Shown: positions 26,876-40,358, numbered from the stretch's first letter. The stretch: DNA of 64,000 nt from Eledone cirrhosa (GCA_964016885.1 OZ024740.1:229896001-229960000); one strand, 5' to 3'. A program made the numbers and translations. Notes: generated from the sequence alone by a model not told the origin.

Positions 26876-27094
26876 TATAAGACAACATTTTAACTGTTGT
26901 ATTGCTACAAAATGTCTCTAGTGGAAAAACATTTCTTGTAAACCTTGAAGAAGTCTTGGATTCCAGCTGAAGAAAACTTGGATTCCACCTGAAGGCTTTG
27001 ACATTATAATTGTTTCTACTTTTTGGCACAAGGCCAGCAATAACCCAGTATATTACTGGTACTTTAGTCTCTTCATATAGTTTGGTCGTCCTAT

Positions 27095-28060
27095 AGAATG
27101 TCATAGTGTCTTTATATGGTATGCCATGTCGTCTCTTCCAAAGGTGTGACGTAATTTGTCATACTATCTCTTCCTATTCTATGTCATAATATCTCTTCCT
27201 GTGATGTCATAATATCTTCCTATTCTACGTCATAATATCTCTTCCTGTGATGTCATAATATCTCTTCCTATTCTATGTCATAATATCTCTTCTTATAGTG
27301 CCATAATGTCTCTTCCTATAGCGTATCATAATTGTTTCTACTTTTGGCACAAGGCCAGGAATTACCCCAGTGCATTACTGGTGTTTTTTTTATCGACCCC
27401 ATAAGGATGAAAGGAAAAGTTAACCTCGATGGGATTTGAAATCAGAACGTCAAGGGCCATAACTCTATGCTGCGAAGCATGGCGTTTGACGCTCTACCGA
27501 TACTGTTAATCCACTCTGTAGTGTATCATAATGTCTCCCTATAGTGTGACATAATGTCTCTTCCTATAGTTTCATAATTGTTTCTACGTTTGGCACAAGG
27601 CCAGCAATTACCCCAGTGCATTACTGGCACTTTATTTTATCGACCCCGTAAGGATGAAAGGCAAAGTTAATCTCGGCGGGATTTGAACTCAGAAATGGCA
27701 AGGGCCGTAACTCTATACGTCAAAGCATGGCGTCCGACGCTCTACCGACACTGCCAATGTTTTCCTATACTATATCATAATATCTTCTCATAGTGTCATG
27801 TCTCCCTAAAGTGTGGCATATTATCTCTTCTTATAGTGTGTCATAATGTCTTCCTATAGGTGACATAATATCTCTTCTTATAGTGTATCATAATTGTTTC
27901 TACTTTCTAAGGGCCGTAACTCTATGCGTCAAAGCATGGCGTCCGACCCTCTACCGATACTGCCAATCCAATCATAATATCTCCCTATAATGTGACAGAA
28001 TATCTCTTCTTTTACTTTGTTATGTCTGCCAATAGTGTGATAAGATCTTTTCTTATAGTG
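27095..28060. repeat. ~24-bp minisatellite carrying three minus-strand SINE insertions
   Basis: Unit tgtcataatatctcttcctatag; SINEs at 27330-27513, 27576-27757 and 27892-27970. Confidence 0.85.
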
Positions 28061-28943
28061 TGTAACATGGTGGGGCTTACACCTACTTAATTCGTTGAGT
28101 ACAGCCGGAAATCGCTGTCATGACTTGTGCAATAAAGGAGTACGATTGGAAATCGAACCTGCTCGAAAATCTTAGTAATTTCCTAGGATTTTACCACCGT
28201 TGTTATTTTTCAGCTAACAAACTTGAATCCAGCAGTTAGTTGTTGTTTATTAGCTCAGCTATCATAACAGAATAATTAATTGATATTAACTGACCAGTAT
28301 AGTTAATTGATTTTAACTTTGCAAACAGAAACAAGCAGCATCGAATAGCAACCCACTCCTACTGAACAAAAGAAAACACTAATGAGATATAATGAGATCA
28401 TTTCAATAGGCTGAAGGCCAGCTTCGTCCAAGAGAGTATGTGAGAGAGAAGGGGTTGCTTAAAATCGATTGAATATACTTGAGAAACTGACTAGTACCCA
28501 TTAACCCCGTGTGCACGAAAGTTAACGGAGACGACCGAGTGGATCTGGTAGAGAACTCCCAGATTAACAACTTTAAGTTCAAATACAATGCAGAGGTTGA
28601 AGAAGTATTAAACATATAACTCGAATGTATTTTAAAGAAATAACAATATGTATATTTTATTAAGGAATAACACATAAATGAATTTATTCAAAATCAAAAT
28701 ACAAACCTTATTTAGTAATAAAAAAATAAAAAAGGGGAAACAAAAGGAAAGACAGAATAGGGAAATATATTTTTAAAAAAAGAGAGAGAGAGAAAGAAGA
28801 AAAAGAATGTTGTAGCAGAAGGTGGTGAGGGTGGGGGGTGATTGGGCTTTGGGCCTAGGGCATAGGGAATGGAGTGCTGCACCCCGCTGACATGACGGCA
28901 AAAGCATTCCCTCGGACGATAGCCAGTGACACCCGTTATAACA
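28061..28943 (-). mobile_element. Possible LTR remnant
   Basis: TGT...ACA ends and a purine-rich tract adjacent on the minus strand; no TSD found. Confidence 0.25.
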
Positions 28944-29199
28944 GCCACCTAACCTCACGGGACTCCCTCCTCAGACAGGCCGCCGACGCTCCGATCTTGC
29001 AGAGGAGTTCGGCAGTACGGGTTGAACAGAATTATATAATGGTGAAAGTATTTAAGAAACAAGTATTAAAAGAATAATCAGGACGAGAACAAAGAGCGAG
29101 AAAAACGAGTAAGTGATAAAAATTAAAATATGAAAAAGAGGAATACTACTGTCTAGGCAGTATATCTCATCGACGTCCACGGACAACATGGTGAAAGGA

Positions 29200-29680
29200 T
29201 TTGTTTTCTTTGCTTGCCCCCAAACAAAGCAATAAAACTACTAAAATGCAAGGGGTTACTGAGAAAGGAGAAAGAAAAGACAGAGAACATAATTCAAGGA
29301 GAAAGAAGGTGACGATAGCTGTTGCTTTGGAATGTTTACAAATTGTAGTGATTAGGAAAGCAAGATGGCCGAAGAGAATTCCGTAGGCCAGATTTGAGAG
29401 GGATGAATTTGCGTTTGTACTTAGGAACTTCATCTATAAATGGATGACACTTAGTCGCCAATCTGATGCTCCGTTTAAACTCGTGATGACAAGGCAACAA
29501 AGAGGAAAACTCATCAGAACAATTTTCGTGAAAATATTTATAAGACGGGCAAAGAAATGCAGCATTTCAACGGTGTGATAGGATCAATAATGTTGGCGAT
29601 TCTTCTTTGGCTTTTATCTAGACTCTCAGTGTGCGAGGCAGAAGCACCAGACCAGAGTCTTCTTCTCAACAAGAAAGATG
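29200..29680 (-). mobile_element. CR1/L2-group LINE 3' fragment
   Basis: WSGASASHTESLDKSQRR, YKYFHENCSDEFSSLLP, YKRKFIPLKSGLRNSLRPSCFPNHYNL. Confidence 0.7.
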
Positions 29681-30141
29681 AACAAACTTGCCTCAATACT
29701 TAATTTTAAATCTTTAATTTTTAATTCTTTTTATTTGTAATGCTTAACATTTGATAAGATGGATTTCACTGATACATCGAAGCCGGTTGTACTTTAAAGA
29801 TTTTATAAAACTCTTTTTTAAACGAATTGTCCCTCTCATGTTTTCAATAATGTCACCTTGACGAATCAAAGAAGAAAAAAAAAAGAAAAACAGATCCTTA
29901 AATATATTTTCTGTGTTATTTCCAATTTCACATTTTCTCTATAACGACTGTTTTGTATAGAACCTTACTCCCTTTTCATATATATATATATATTCTACAT
30001 ATATTTCGTCACAGACGGACATTTTGTTTGGAAGAAAACACGCGACGTTGGGTGCTTAACGAGAATTGCATCATTATTCACTTATCGTTGTGTTGCAAAC
30101 GCAATCTTGATTAGTCAATATGTTTACCGTATATTATGTAT

Positions 30142-30345
30142 ATTGGCAGAGTTGGTAGAGGGTTGGACATGCTTTCCAGCATAGTTACGTCCCTTTACGA
30201 TCTGAGTTCAAATCCCGCCAAGGTTAACTTTGCCTTTCATCCTTACGGGGTCGATAAAATAAAGTACCAGTCACGCACTGGGGTCGATTAAATCGACTTT
30301 CCCCTACCCCAAAATTGCTGGCCTTGTGCCTATATAAGAAACGAT
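30142..30345 (+). mobile_element. tRNA-derived SINE
   Basis: Family consensus, long variant. Confidence 0.85.
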
Positions 30346-30372
30346 TATGTATATATATATATATATATATAT

Positions 30373-30712
30373 ATTGTTATACTTGGGGAGGGTCATATTG
30401 TTGTAATAATATTGCCAGAAATAATAACAGAAGACACTCACTGTTTGGTTGGTTTTCGCTTTTATATATTTTATATCTCCACAGTTAATTGATTCGGTCC
30501 TCAATGTTTACCATTGACTGACCAACGGTCAAAAATACAGATATAATATAGATATAAACACATATATATATAGTCTAACAAAGTTCTTTCGTTGCACATC
30601 TGCAACATCATCAGTAGTAGTACTATTATGTTCCTCCTGTTGTATTGTATATCTACGCCATTTTTATTTTATCTATTTATTTATTTATTTATTTTTATCT
30701 TCTTCTCTGCGC

Positions 30713-30713
<1 letters not shown>
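30373..30713. mobile_element. TA-flanked dispersed repeat (longer copy 55045-55853; fragments 6768-6803 and 56850-56935)
   Basis: High identity to 55090-55432. Confidence 0.7.
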
Positions 30714-30795
<82 letters not shown>

Positions 30796-30797
<2 letters not shown>

Positions 30798-30999
30798 GGA
30801 ACGAGTAGGTCTCCGACGGCTGAGCTCAAGCCGTTTCGACGGCTAATTCTGGACGGCTAATTGGTCCAGAATTAGCCGTCGAAACGGCTTGAGCTCAGCC
30901 GTCGGAGACCTACTCGTTCCTATTACCCACTCTACTACCCCAAGTATTGAGTACTTTGGTGCGTTATGGTCCACCTGGTTCCTTACCACATTTCTTTCG

Positions 31000-31001
<2 letters not shown>
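30796..31001. mobile_element. Fold-back cassette, family D
   Basis: Arms 30796-30854 / 30864-30922; GAAA-cggcttgagctcagccg-TC. Confidence 0.85.
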
Positions 31002-31054
<53 letters not shown>

Positions 31055-31089
31055 CTCTCTCCCTCTCTCCCTCTCTCTTTATATATATC

Positions 31090-31151
<62 letters not shown>

Positions 31152-31384
31152 TCTCTCTCTCTTTCTCTTTCTCTCCCTCTCTTTCTCTCTCGATTTGATC
31201 TTCTTTTTGCTTTTGTTCGTGTGGCTGGGTCCCCGGTCGCAGTCTTCAATTTGTCAAGCTTTCTAACGTATTAGAGTTATTACTCTAAGGTGACATAACC
31301 TTATCGAGTGCTTTGCTGCACATTCTTGATCGTATATCGTTAGCTTGGCCACAGTCAAAACTTCGATTTTACTAAACCTCCATT

Positions 31385-31417
<33 letters not shown>

Positions 31418-31424
<7 letters not shown>

Positions 31425-31776
31425 GGTGTGTGTAAAAGGTAAACAGAAATAACAACACAATCGGTACAGTTTATGGAAGGGATATATTAGGTTAACGCTT
31501 GATATAGCAGGAAGAGGGTCTTAACGTTTCGGACGCTAGTCCTTCATCAGAAGAAAGAATGAGAAATAAGATAGAAAGATAGATTGAGGGGACGGGCGGG
31601 TTGGAATTGGAAAAAATATCTTTAGATAAAAATAACAGGTCCATTCATGTTGACATCTCTTGCAAAACTGTTGGTGCTGGCGTTCTGTGTAGGATTTATT
31701 TTTTAGAAAAGTGGATGATGGAGAAATAGAAAAAAACCGTTTTGTAAAAAGAGCTATACTTGTGCACGTGCGTAAG

Positions 31777-31868
<92 letters not shown>

Positions 31869-32881
31869 ACGTCCGTACGAAGCAAAGAAGAAATGTGTGT
31901 GTATATGTGAGTAAAAGAGTGTGCGTGCATGTAAGTACGAAGCTATGAACAAAAGTGTATGTGTGTATACAGAGCAGTGAAGGGAAAAGTGGAGTGAGCA
32001 TATATAGTCGGCCTGTATTAGTTGTAAGAGATGATTTTAATGATCAAGAGAAAGCGATAGGAAGCTAGGGGTGTGATAATGGACGGGGTATTAGAGAAAT
32101 TGGGGAGGTGAGTTGAGTCCAAGAGGGGAATAGGACCCAAGGCGGTGAATCAGACTTTGTTCAGTACTGGTGCGCGAGGCCTGTGATCCATCATGTAAAT
32201 AGACACCCAGGACTGAAACATGTAGGGAAGAATGACCAGGAGAACAGAAATGACGGGCGACAAGAGTATCCAAACCGAGTCTGATGTCCCTCAAATGTTC
32301 GGCAAAACAGTCCGCCAAACGGCGTCCCGTTTGTCCGATATATAAAGACCCGCAAAGGGAATACCGGTGGGCATAGACAACGTGGGTGGATGTGCAGGTA
32401 AAATAGTGGCGGATACCTGTAAGAGTGGTGAGGGTGGAAATGAAGTGACAAGTGTTGCAGCGGGAACAAGGATGAGAGCCGAGTGGAGTCGTAGGAGATG
32501 ACAGGAGGTCGCGGAGGTTGCGAGGGCGCTTAAAAGCAGTAATGGGTGGGTTTGGAAAAAAGCGAGAAGTGACGGGGGTCAGAAGAGAGGATGCGGAAGG
32601 AACGGAGGATATGTCGCCGGAGTGGTAGGGTGATGGGGTTGTAGGTGAGAGGAAAAGGAACACGGGTGTTTGGAGTGTGAGGGTGAGGTGAGAGGGCTGT
32701 AGTGCGGTCTATTTCACGAGCGCGGGTGAGAGCAGCTTGGAACAGTGTGGGGGGGGGGGATATCCACGCTGGATGAAGCAGGAAGCCATGCGAAGGGAAT
32801 GGGTTTCGAAATCGTCGTCCTGACTACAGAGTCGACGAAGACGGAGGAATTGGGAATAGGGTATGGAGTGTTTGGTGTGGG

Positions 32882-32882
<1 letters not shown>
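31418..32882 (-). mobile_element. 5'-truncated Neptune-like PLE: RT tail, GIY-YIG endonuclease (32091-32663), pLTR with HHR
   Basis: AFKRPRNLRDLL, PCSRCNTC linker, VVYA..LCGSLYIGQTGRRLADCFAEH, PLGLN; (TA)n on both sides. Confidence 0.88.
31519..31553 (-). ncRNA. Minimal PLE hammerhead ribozyme
   Basis: tctt-CTGATGA-a-ggac tagc gtcc-GAAA-cg-TT-aaga; homologues near 56643-56677 (-) and 61776-61811 (+). Confidence 0.75.
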
Positions 32883-32928
<46 letters not shown>

Positions 32929-32933
<5 letters not shown>

Positions 32934-33100
32934 ATGGAGGCAGAGTACTCGTTACTTGGGGTAGTAGAGGGGCTAATATGAAAAATATATGGACTATACC
33001 CCCTGAGTACACCAGCTAAATTCCCGCCGCCCCGAATACCGGCGCTTCAGTTCGGTTCTATCTATTGAAACGGCCGGAGCTCAGCCGTCGGGGTCCCGAA
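32929..33100. mobile_element. Rearranged family D cassette
   Basis: gagtactcgttacttggggtagtagag plus inverted GAAAcggccggagctcagccgTCggggtcc; TA-flanked. Confidence 0.65.
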
Positions 33101-33119
33101 TATATATATATATATATAT

Positions 33120-33759
33120 AGTGTATTTTGCAATACACTGTATGCTTAATTAAAAGCATTTCGAAGATCTTACGCTATTGTTTTAGAGCAGTGGCAGTCT
33201 CACTTACTTTAAATTTTCAGCAAACAAGGGGAGATAAAGCTGACAGAGCTCTGTTTCGTACTTTTTGGTACTTATCAAAGCCAACTACTCCACCTGTTTG
33301 CTGAAAATCATGAATGTTTGATCCTTATAGAATCCCAGTAATAATCAGGAACTGATTATACAGAGCGGTTGCCGGTCAAGCAGAAATTGAAAATTAGAAT
33401 TGGTGCTCTGAAATAGCGATATATATATGAATGTATATATAGTGTATTTTGCAATACACTGTATGCTGAATTAAAAGCATTTCGAAGACATTACGCTATT
33501 GTTTTAGAGTAGTGACAGTCTCACTTACTTTAAATTTTCAGCAAACAGGGGAGATAAAGCTGACAGAGCTCTGTTTCGTACTTTTTGGTACATATCAAAG
33601 CTAAGCAACCGCTCTGTATAATCAGTTCCTGATTATTACTAGAATTCTATAAGAATCAAACATTCAGGATTTTCAGCAAACAGGTGGAGTACTTAGCTTT
33701 GATAAGTACCAGAAAGTACGAAACAGAGCTCTGTCAGCTTTATCTCCCCTTGTTTGCTG

Positions 33760-33762
<3 letters not shown>
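33120..33762. mobile_element. Tandem plus inverted pLTR cluster with three HHRs (family J)
   Basis: Minus copies ~33216-33306 and 33536-33605; plus copy 33672-33762: agct-TTGATAA-gtac cagaaa gtac-GAAA-cagagctctg-TC-agct. Confidence 0.8.
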
Positions 33763-33853
<91 letters not shown>

Positions 33854-33985
33854 GAGAGAGAGGGAGAGAGAGATCGCCCTATTATAATAGCAAAAATTAC
33901 CAAAACTGGTATATCGGTGCTTTAAAGAATGTCTTTAAATTGTGTCGATTTCTCATAGATTTTTGTTTTTTCAGATACTTAAAAT

Positions 33986-34172
33986 AATTGTTTCTACTTT
34001 AGGCACAAGGCCAGCAATTACCCAGTGCATTACTGGTACTTTATTTTATCGACCCCGTAAGGATAAAAGGCAAAGTCAACCTCGGCGGGATTTGAACTCA
34101 GATCGTAAAGGGACGTAACTATGCTGGAAAGCATGGCGTCCGACCCTCTACCGATACTGCCAATCTACCGCC
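33986..34172 (-). mobile_element. Full-length SINE with 19-bp TSD
   Basis: TSD ttcagatacttaaaataat at 33970-33988 and 34174-34192. Confidence 0.92.
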
Positions 34173-34394
34173 CTTCAGATACTTAAAATAATGAAAATCT
34201 TTTTGTTTTTAATTTTTAAAACTATTTTTAGCATAGTGAAGCCTTTTGTGGTGGTTTTTCATTTTCAACAATACTATTAAAACCTCTAAGGTAATTACCA
34301 ATCCTGATGATATTTCCTATGGAGTTTTACAAAAACGAAGCTAGGTTTCTTCATCTGACCATGAAAATATGTCATAATCAGTATCTGATTATAT

Positions 34395-34812
34395 TGGATT
34401 CTCGGTGGTAAGTTGTGTTCTTGAGCAAGACACTTTATTTCACATTGCTACAGTTAACTCAATTGGCACAAATGAGGTGTACCGTTAATTGAAAGGGCTA
34501 ATATTGGTTTCTTATATAGGCACAAGGCCAGCAATTTTGGGGAGGGGAAAGTCGATTAAATCGACGCCAGTGCGTGAGTGGTATTTTATTTTATTGACCT
34601 CGTATGGCGGGATTTGAACTCAGATCATAAAGGGCCGTAACTCTATGTTGCAAAGCATGGCGTCCGACCCTCTACCGATACTGCCAATAATATTGTCACG
34701 TAGAGTGTTACGGTGAATTTCCTTGACAACTATAGAAAGTGTCAGTTGAATGCTTAGCCAGGCTAATTTCTGAACGACTGAAAAAATTATCGTCGTAACA
34801 GACGGAGTACCA
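34395..34812 (+). mobile_element. Older CORE-like SINE interrupted by a minus-strand young SINE (34503-34687)
   Basis: gtgttcttgagcaagacactttatttcac...cgtcgtaacagacggagtacca; intact relative at 44845-45123. Confidence 0.7.
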
Positions 34813-35045
34813 ACACATCAGAGTGAAGCATATTTGCTTTATATCTGTATATTGTTTTGTTCTAATGGTAGAATAAGAAGTTAGAAGTATTAGCCAATAT
34901 ATATACCACTAACTGTGAATATGAAAATTATTTCTCACGTTATTATAATATCCAACAATGAAACAAGGATTTACAAAGATAAGACGAAAGAAAATCCAAT
35001 ATTTAAATCCACTGCATATTCCCAGTCTTCTTAATTACTTGTTAC

Positions 35046-35104
35046 CTGGTATTAGATACCATGGTAACAACCTGAGTCAATATTACAACGAGACAGAGAA
35101 GCAA
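35046..35104 (-). CDS. Candidate 59-nt exon (LLLCLVVILTQVVTMVSNT)
   Basis: tattcacag acceptor, cag/gtaac donor, open frame, phase 0 to 2. Confidence 0.3.
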
Positions 35105-35436
35105 CTGTGAATACATATATTACATGAAGACGAACAAATAAGAATATCTTATATAAAATGGTGTAGGTTTGCCAGAACAAAGTGAAAATATACTGATAAG
35201 GAAAACGATAGTTAAAATTAAGTATGAATAAAATTCCTCGCAAGATGTAGTTTGGGGTAGGTTGAGGGGATATGGAAAGATGTTGAACGAATATTTGAAA
35301 TTAGCAGATTTTTCATATCACTGTTTGGAACAAACATTTGCATACAAACAAAGTATTTTCGAGATATATTATTGCATTAAACTATAAACATAGACTCCCA
35401 CCACTATTTTCCTTCATATATATATATATATATATA

Positions 35437-35491
<55 letters not shown>

Positions 35492-35539
35492 TAAATCTCA
35501 TTATTAATAGATATACAAACAGACACACATACATACATT

Positions 35540-35587
<48 letters not shown>

Positions 35588-35814
35588 GAGAGAGAGAGAG
35601 GGGGGAGAAAGAGAGATGAAAAAGAGAATATTTAAGTTTCAATATTTACTTTCTCTTTCTATATATACATACCATAAGACATATGTATATATGTATGTAT
35701 GTATGTATGTATGCATGTATGTATGTATCTATGTATGTATTTATGTATGTAATTATATATGTATGTATTTAGGTATGTATGCATGGAGAAGAATTGTTAT
35801 ATAACACTCTCTCC

Positions 35815-35865
<51 letters not shown>

Positions 35866-35872
<7 letters not shown>

Positions 35873-36100
35873 CAAAATGTTAACAAATGAAAAATATTCT
35901 CATAATCAAAATATATGTTTTATTATACATATTTCAAAGGTACTGTGGTCTTTAAGTACGTTTTCATCAGACAAAATATATGATTTGATATGTGACATAT
36001 TGCTACGGTTTTGATTATTCAATTCCTTTGAAATATGTATAATAAAATATATATTTTGATTATGAGAATATATTTTATTTGTTAACATTTTGAATAATAT
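35866..36100. mobile_element. Fold-back Naiad-like pLTR cassette with HHR (35913-35981 -)
   Basis: ttttgt-CTGATGA-aaacgtac...gtaccttt-GAAA-tatgta-TA-ataaaa; arms 35866-35940 / 36025-36100. Confidence 0.78.
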
Positions 36101-36191
36101 TAAAAACTCCAAGAAAATCCACTGTTGAGTGCTTCTAATCTATTGTAATATTGTATTCGTTGAGTAATCAACGAACCATACTAACCTTTGG

Positions 36192-36228
<37 letters not shown>

Positions 36229-36960
36229 GGGAAGAAAGAGGAAAACTGCGTGGTTGCACATGGGTTACATATTATAAAATTAGTCCCTCATCAGTGATTT
36301 GCCAACCATCATTGGTATTTCATCGCATTAAAAATCATATACCTCAGGTTGGTGCGAGCAATAACTAAAATAAGCTATTTGGACAAGTAAATCGCGTAAA
36401 GCAAGTGAGACAAGTAAACAACATAGAAGGAAAAGCAAACCGAAGGTAGGAAAAAAAGCAAGCAACATGATGGTTATCCGGTCAGCATAATCTGGGTGAA
36501 TTTCATGAGCGGTATATGAACTGGTCTATAGAATTCTCTAGGCCTTGGTCACTCTAAATAGAACTTTAAAGAATTAGCTTTTAAAGAATTTCCCTTTGCT
36601 TTAAATCCATCAACCACGACCGACCCCCAACGATCTTATAGACACCGGAAATATAGGCATTGTTAGCTTAAGAGAAACTTAAAAATAAGGAGTGGCACCC
36701 CATTCTGAACTTGTTTATAGAATTCTTTCTGCCTTTGTTACTCTAAATATAAATTATAGCTTTAAAGAATTAGCTTTTAATGAATTCCCTTTTCTATCAA
36801 CCAATGACCTCTACCCATCCCACTCCCCACCCTCTCCTACCACCCGAAGAGACCTATAAATACCATATTTATTTTTTGATACCCAGATTCCTGATGATTT
36901 CTAAAGAATGAAACAGTTCTAGTCCTGTAGAATCTCATCTATATTAAAACTATATATATA

Positions 36961-38370
36961 CATCATCATCATCCTTCGACTCCTCGGAACTCTCTTGATA
37001 ATCCCTTTCCACACTGTTCGGTCCTGCATTACTATCCCCAGATCCCTTATGTCCAAACCTGAGTCCAGAGCGATGGTGTCTGGGAAAGTCAGTTTTCGGG
37101 AATAAACACATCCAGAGGGATGCCACAGAAGGAGAGTCATTTCTTTGTCGGCTTGATGACAGTGACCAGCAAACTGGAGTCTGAGGGATATTGGGATCAA
37201 ATCTCCGTAGAGGGTTTCAAGTATTGCGTGTGTTCTCCAGTTTATGTTTCTGATTCTTCTAAGCAGATTTGGATATGCTCCATCCAGCCATTTTTCAAGA
37301 CGAACAGATAAGGTCCATGTTTCTGATCCATATAGTAGTACTGGTTCAATCAATGTTCGAAAGATTTGGACTTTTAAGGAGGATGATAAATTTGAGCGCC
37401 AAGTCTTCACGGATGTTGAAATCTTGTTGGGAGTCTATGCCATGAGAGCCAAGGTATTTAAAGTTCTCGACCCTTTTGATGGATGTATTATTGAGAGATT
37501 TCAAATCAGATGGTTCAGGGGAGGTTGAGATATATTCTGTCTTGCTCTCATTACAATAGAGACCGACCTGATTTGCTGCTTGCTCAAGCGATTGCATCAG
37601 GGATCCTGCGTCCTTTATAGATTAAGAAATCAGGACAAGATCATCGGCGAAATCTAGGTCAGTCAGGTATTGTGCAGGGTTGCGGATGCTCTGGCGACGT
37701 TTCAGAAAGAGTCCCTTCTCCTTCATGTTGTCTAGCGAGATACGTAGGACATAGTTTAGAACAACTATGAAGAGAAAAAGGGGCAAGTGTGTCACGTTGT
37801 AGAACTCCTGTTTTTACTCCAAAGGATTCAGTCTCACCATCAGGTGAAACAACGGTGGCAGTGGTGTTTTTGTACAGAGCTTCAATTGCCTCAACAATTC
37901 CAGAAGGCATTTTAAACATAAGATCTCTACTGATAGAATCAAACACATTGCGAAAGTCGACAAAACAGATCGTGATCTCCCTGTTGAGTTTTTTCCTTTC
38001 TTCCAGTATGCGGCGAATAGAGAGAATTTGAGCAGTTGTCGTCCTGTCTCTTCTAAATCCATTCTGCTTCCTGTGAAGTAAAGGACCAAGAGCAGGGAAA
38101 TCCTATTTGACAGAAGCTTGTTGTAGACTTTTTCCGCAATTGGCATGAGAGTTATACACCTATAATTTGCTGCACTTGTTAGATCGTCATTTTGGAGGAC
38201 GGGGACTATTCCACCGTTCAGCCAGGATGAAGGAGGCGAGAGATGTATGATAGTGTGGTTGCAGAACTCAAGAAGGAGGTAAGGAAAAGTCGGATATTTC
38301 CACAGCAGTGTTGGTAAATTGTCAAGACCTAGAGATTTTTTATTGGAAAATTCTTTGAGGGTCGTTTTGA
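36961..38370 (-). mobile_element. Decayed 5'-truncated RTE LINE (RT and C-terminus)
   Basis: QNGFRRDRTT, FVDFR..FDSI, GVLQRDTLAP, DFADDL, FKYLGS, LLYGSETWTL, LQFAGHC; (GAT)n tail at 36961-36972. Confidence 0.9.
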
Positions 38371-38499
38371 GTTACACTCTCCGTGTATGAAAGAGCGCTA
38401 TAATGTCTTTCTTATGAGTCCACCTGTGTACATAATCTATGGAATATGTATTTGGTATATGTACAATATAGTGTGTTTCTTATACGATATATGGCTCTT

Positions 38500-38549
<50 letters not shown>

Positions 38550-38673
38550 GGAACGCGTAGGACCCCGACGGCTGAGCTCAAGCCGTTTCGACGGCTAATT
38601 CTGGACTAAAAAAAAAAAAATTGTACTTTGGTGCGTTATGGTCCATCTGGTTCCTTACCACATTTCCTTCGTT
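38550..38673. mobile_element. Family D cassette with poly-A junction
   Basis: Short arm ending ctggact, then an A-run, then the inverted tail gtactttggtgcg...ccttcgtta. Confidence 0.75.
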
Positions 38674-38691
38674 ATATTTATATATATATAT

Positions 38692-38903
38692 AAGGCAAAG
38701 TTAACCTCGGCGGGATTTGAACTCAGACCATAAAGGGCCGTAACTCTATACGTCAATCCATGGCGTCCGACCCTCTACCGATTCTGCCAATCCACCGTCT
38801 TGTATATGAATCAAAATATACCAAATATGTTAGAAGTTGAATTAAGCTCAATAGACATTATCTAGAGCCATAATAAACCAAATGAAAAAGATATATGTAT
38901 ATA

Positions 38904-38942
<39 letters not shown>

Positions 38943-39165
38943 GCATATATATATGCATATATATATATATATATATATATATGCGATTGGCAGAATCGGT
39001 AGAGGGTCGGACGCCATGGATTGACGCATAGAGTTACAGCCCTTTATGGTCTGAGTTCAAATCCCGCCGAGGTTAACTTTGCCTTTCATCCTTACGGGGT
39101 CGATAAAATAAAGTACCAGTAATGTACTGGTAATTGCTGGCCTTGTGCCAAATGTAGAAACAATT
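38692..39165. mobile_element. Inverted SINE pair (38692-38797 -, 38985-39165 +)
   Basis: Both copies share private variants (gaatcgg, ccatggattgacg, tttatggtctg). Confidence 0.8.
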
Positions 39166-39429
39166 ATTTGTATATATATATATATAAATATAATCAAAGG
39201 GGTATATATATGTGTGTCGTTATTGTATCATTTGATTATTTTTAAGTCTCTGATCATATTGAAATATTGAATTTGTTCAATTTTTTCCACCTTACTACTG
39301 AATTCCGTAGAGATATACTCTGCAACTGTTTAACCCCAGTTAGCATTGAGTAGGACATTGGGTGGCGCGATGTTGCAATACCATACATTGCGGGAAGTAT
39401 CTCACGGTAATTGTAATGTCGTCTTATTA

Positions 39430-39503
<74 letters not shown>

Positions 39504-39814
39504 ACGCGCGCGCGTAGTGTCTGTGTGTGATTGTAAAGACCTGACCATTTTGTAGACTTTAACACGGCATGTTAATACAGCCACTTAAAGAAATTCCTTT
39601 TGTCTTCTTAGTATAATTGAACCATGAAAAAAATATGTGTGAGTATGTGTGCGTGCGTATGTATGTGTGTGTGCATGTGCGCGTGTGTATGTGTGTGTGT
39701 GTGTGTGTGTAAGCTTATATCATATTCAACCATAAGGCGGACTAGCTTCTCGCCCAGTATTTGTATTCTTCACGCCAACGAAGCCAAGCTTTGGAGAGAC
39801 TTCAACGTTTAAAA

Positions 39815-40358
39815 CAGGGGCGTGCAACAGGTGACCCGCCTGCCAGACCTGTCAGAGTGGCCCACGATGCCCATTTTTAATTTTTACCTTGTAAGCTTAT
39901 TTAGAATTTTTTCCGTAACCGTAATACAATTTTCTGTTAGTTGACCTATACTAAAGGGCTTCACCGATATGGTTATGTGTGTTATAATTTCCCAGTTCCA
40001 TGTTATGGAAAGAAGTTGTAGTGAATCTTTAGAATAGTGCTTAATAAATGTTGGTTTCTTATATAGGCACAAGGCCAGCAGTTTTTTTTTTGGGGGGGGG
40101 GTCGATTTAATCGACCCCAGTGCCGTGATTGGTACTTTATTTTATCGACCCCGTAATGATGAAAGGCAAAGTTAACCTCGGCGGGATTTGAACTCAGATT
40201 ATAAAGGGCCGTAACTCTATGCTGCAAATCTTGGCGTCCGACCCTCTATCGATACTGCCAACCGACCGCCCTAATAGTGCTTAATAACTATTAATGGCCC
40301 TAACAGTTGTTCCAATGTCTAAAAATGGCCCACCAACGGAATATGTTGCACACCCCTG
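39815..40358. mobile_element. hAT-type MITE with nested SINE (40050-40271 -)
   Basis: TIRs caggggcgtgcaac / gttgcacacccctg; 8-bp TSD gtttaaaa / gtttaaag. Confidence 0.8.

Noticed and set aside
29505-29520. CTGATGAG hammerhead core on the minus strand
   Set aside because: It is the CSDE coding motif of a CR1/L2-like LINE, with no stem II or GAAA partner.
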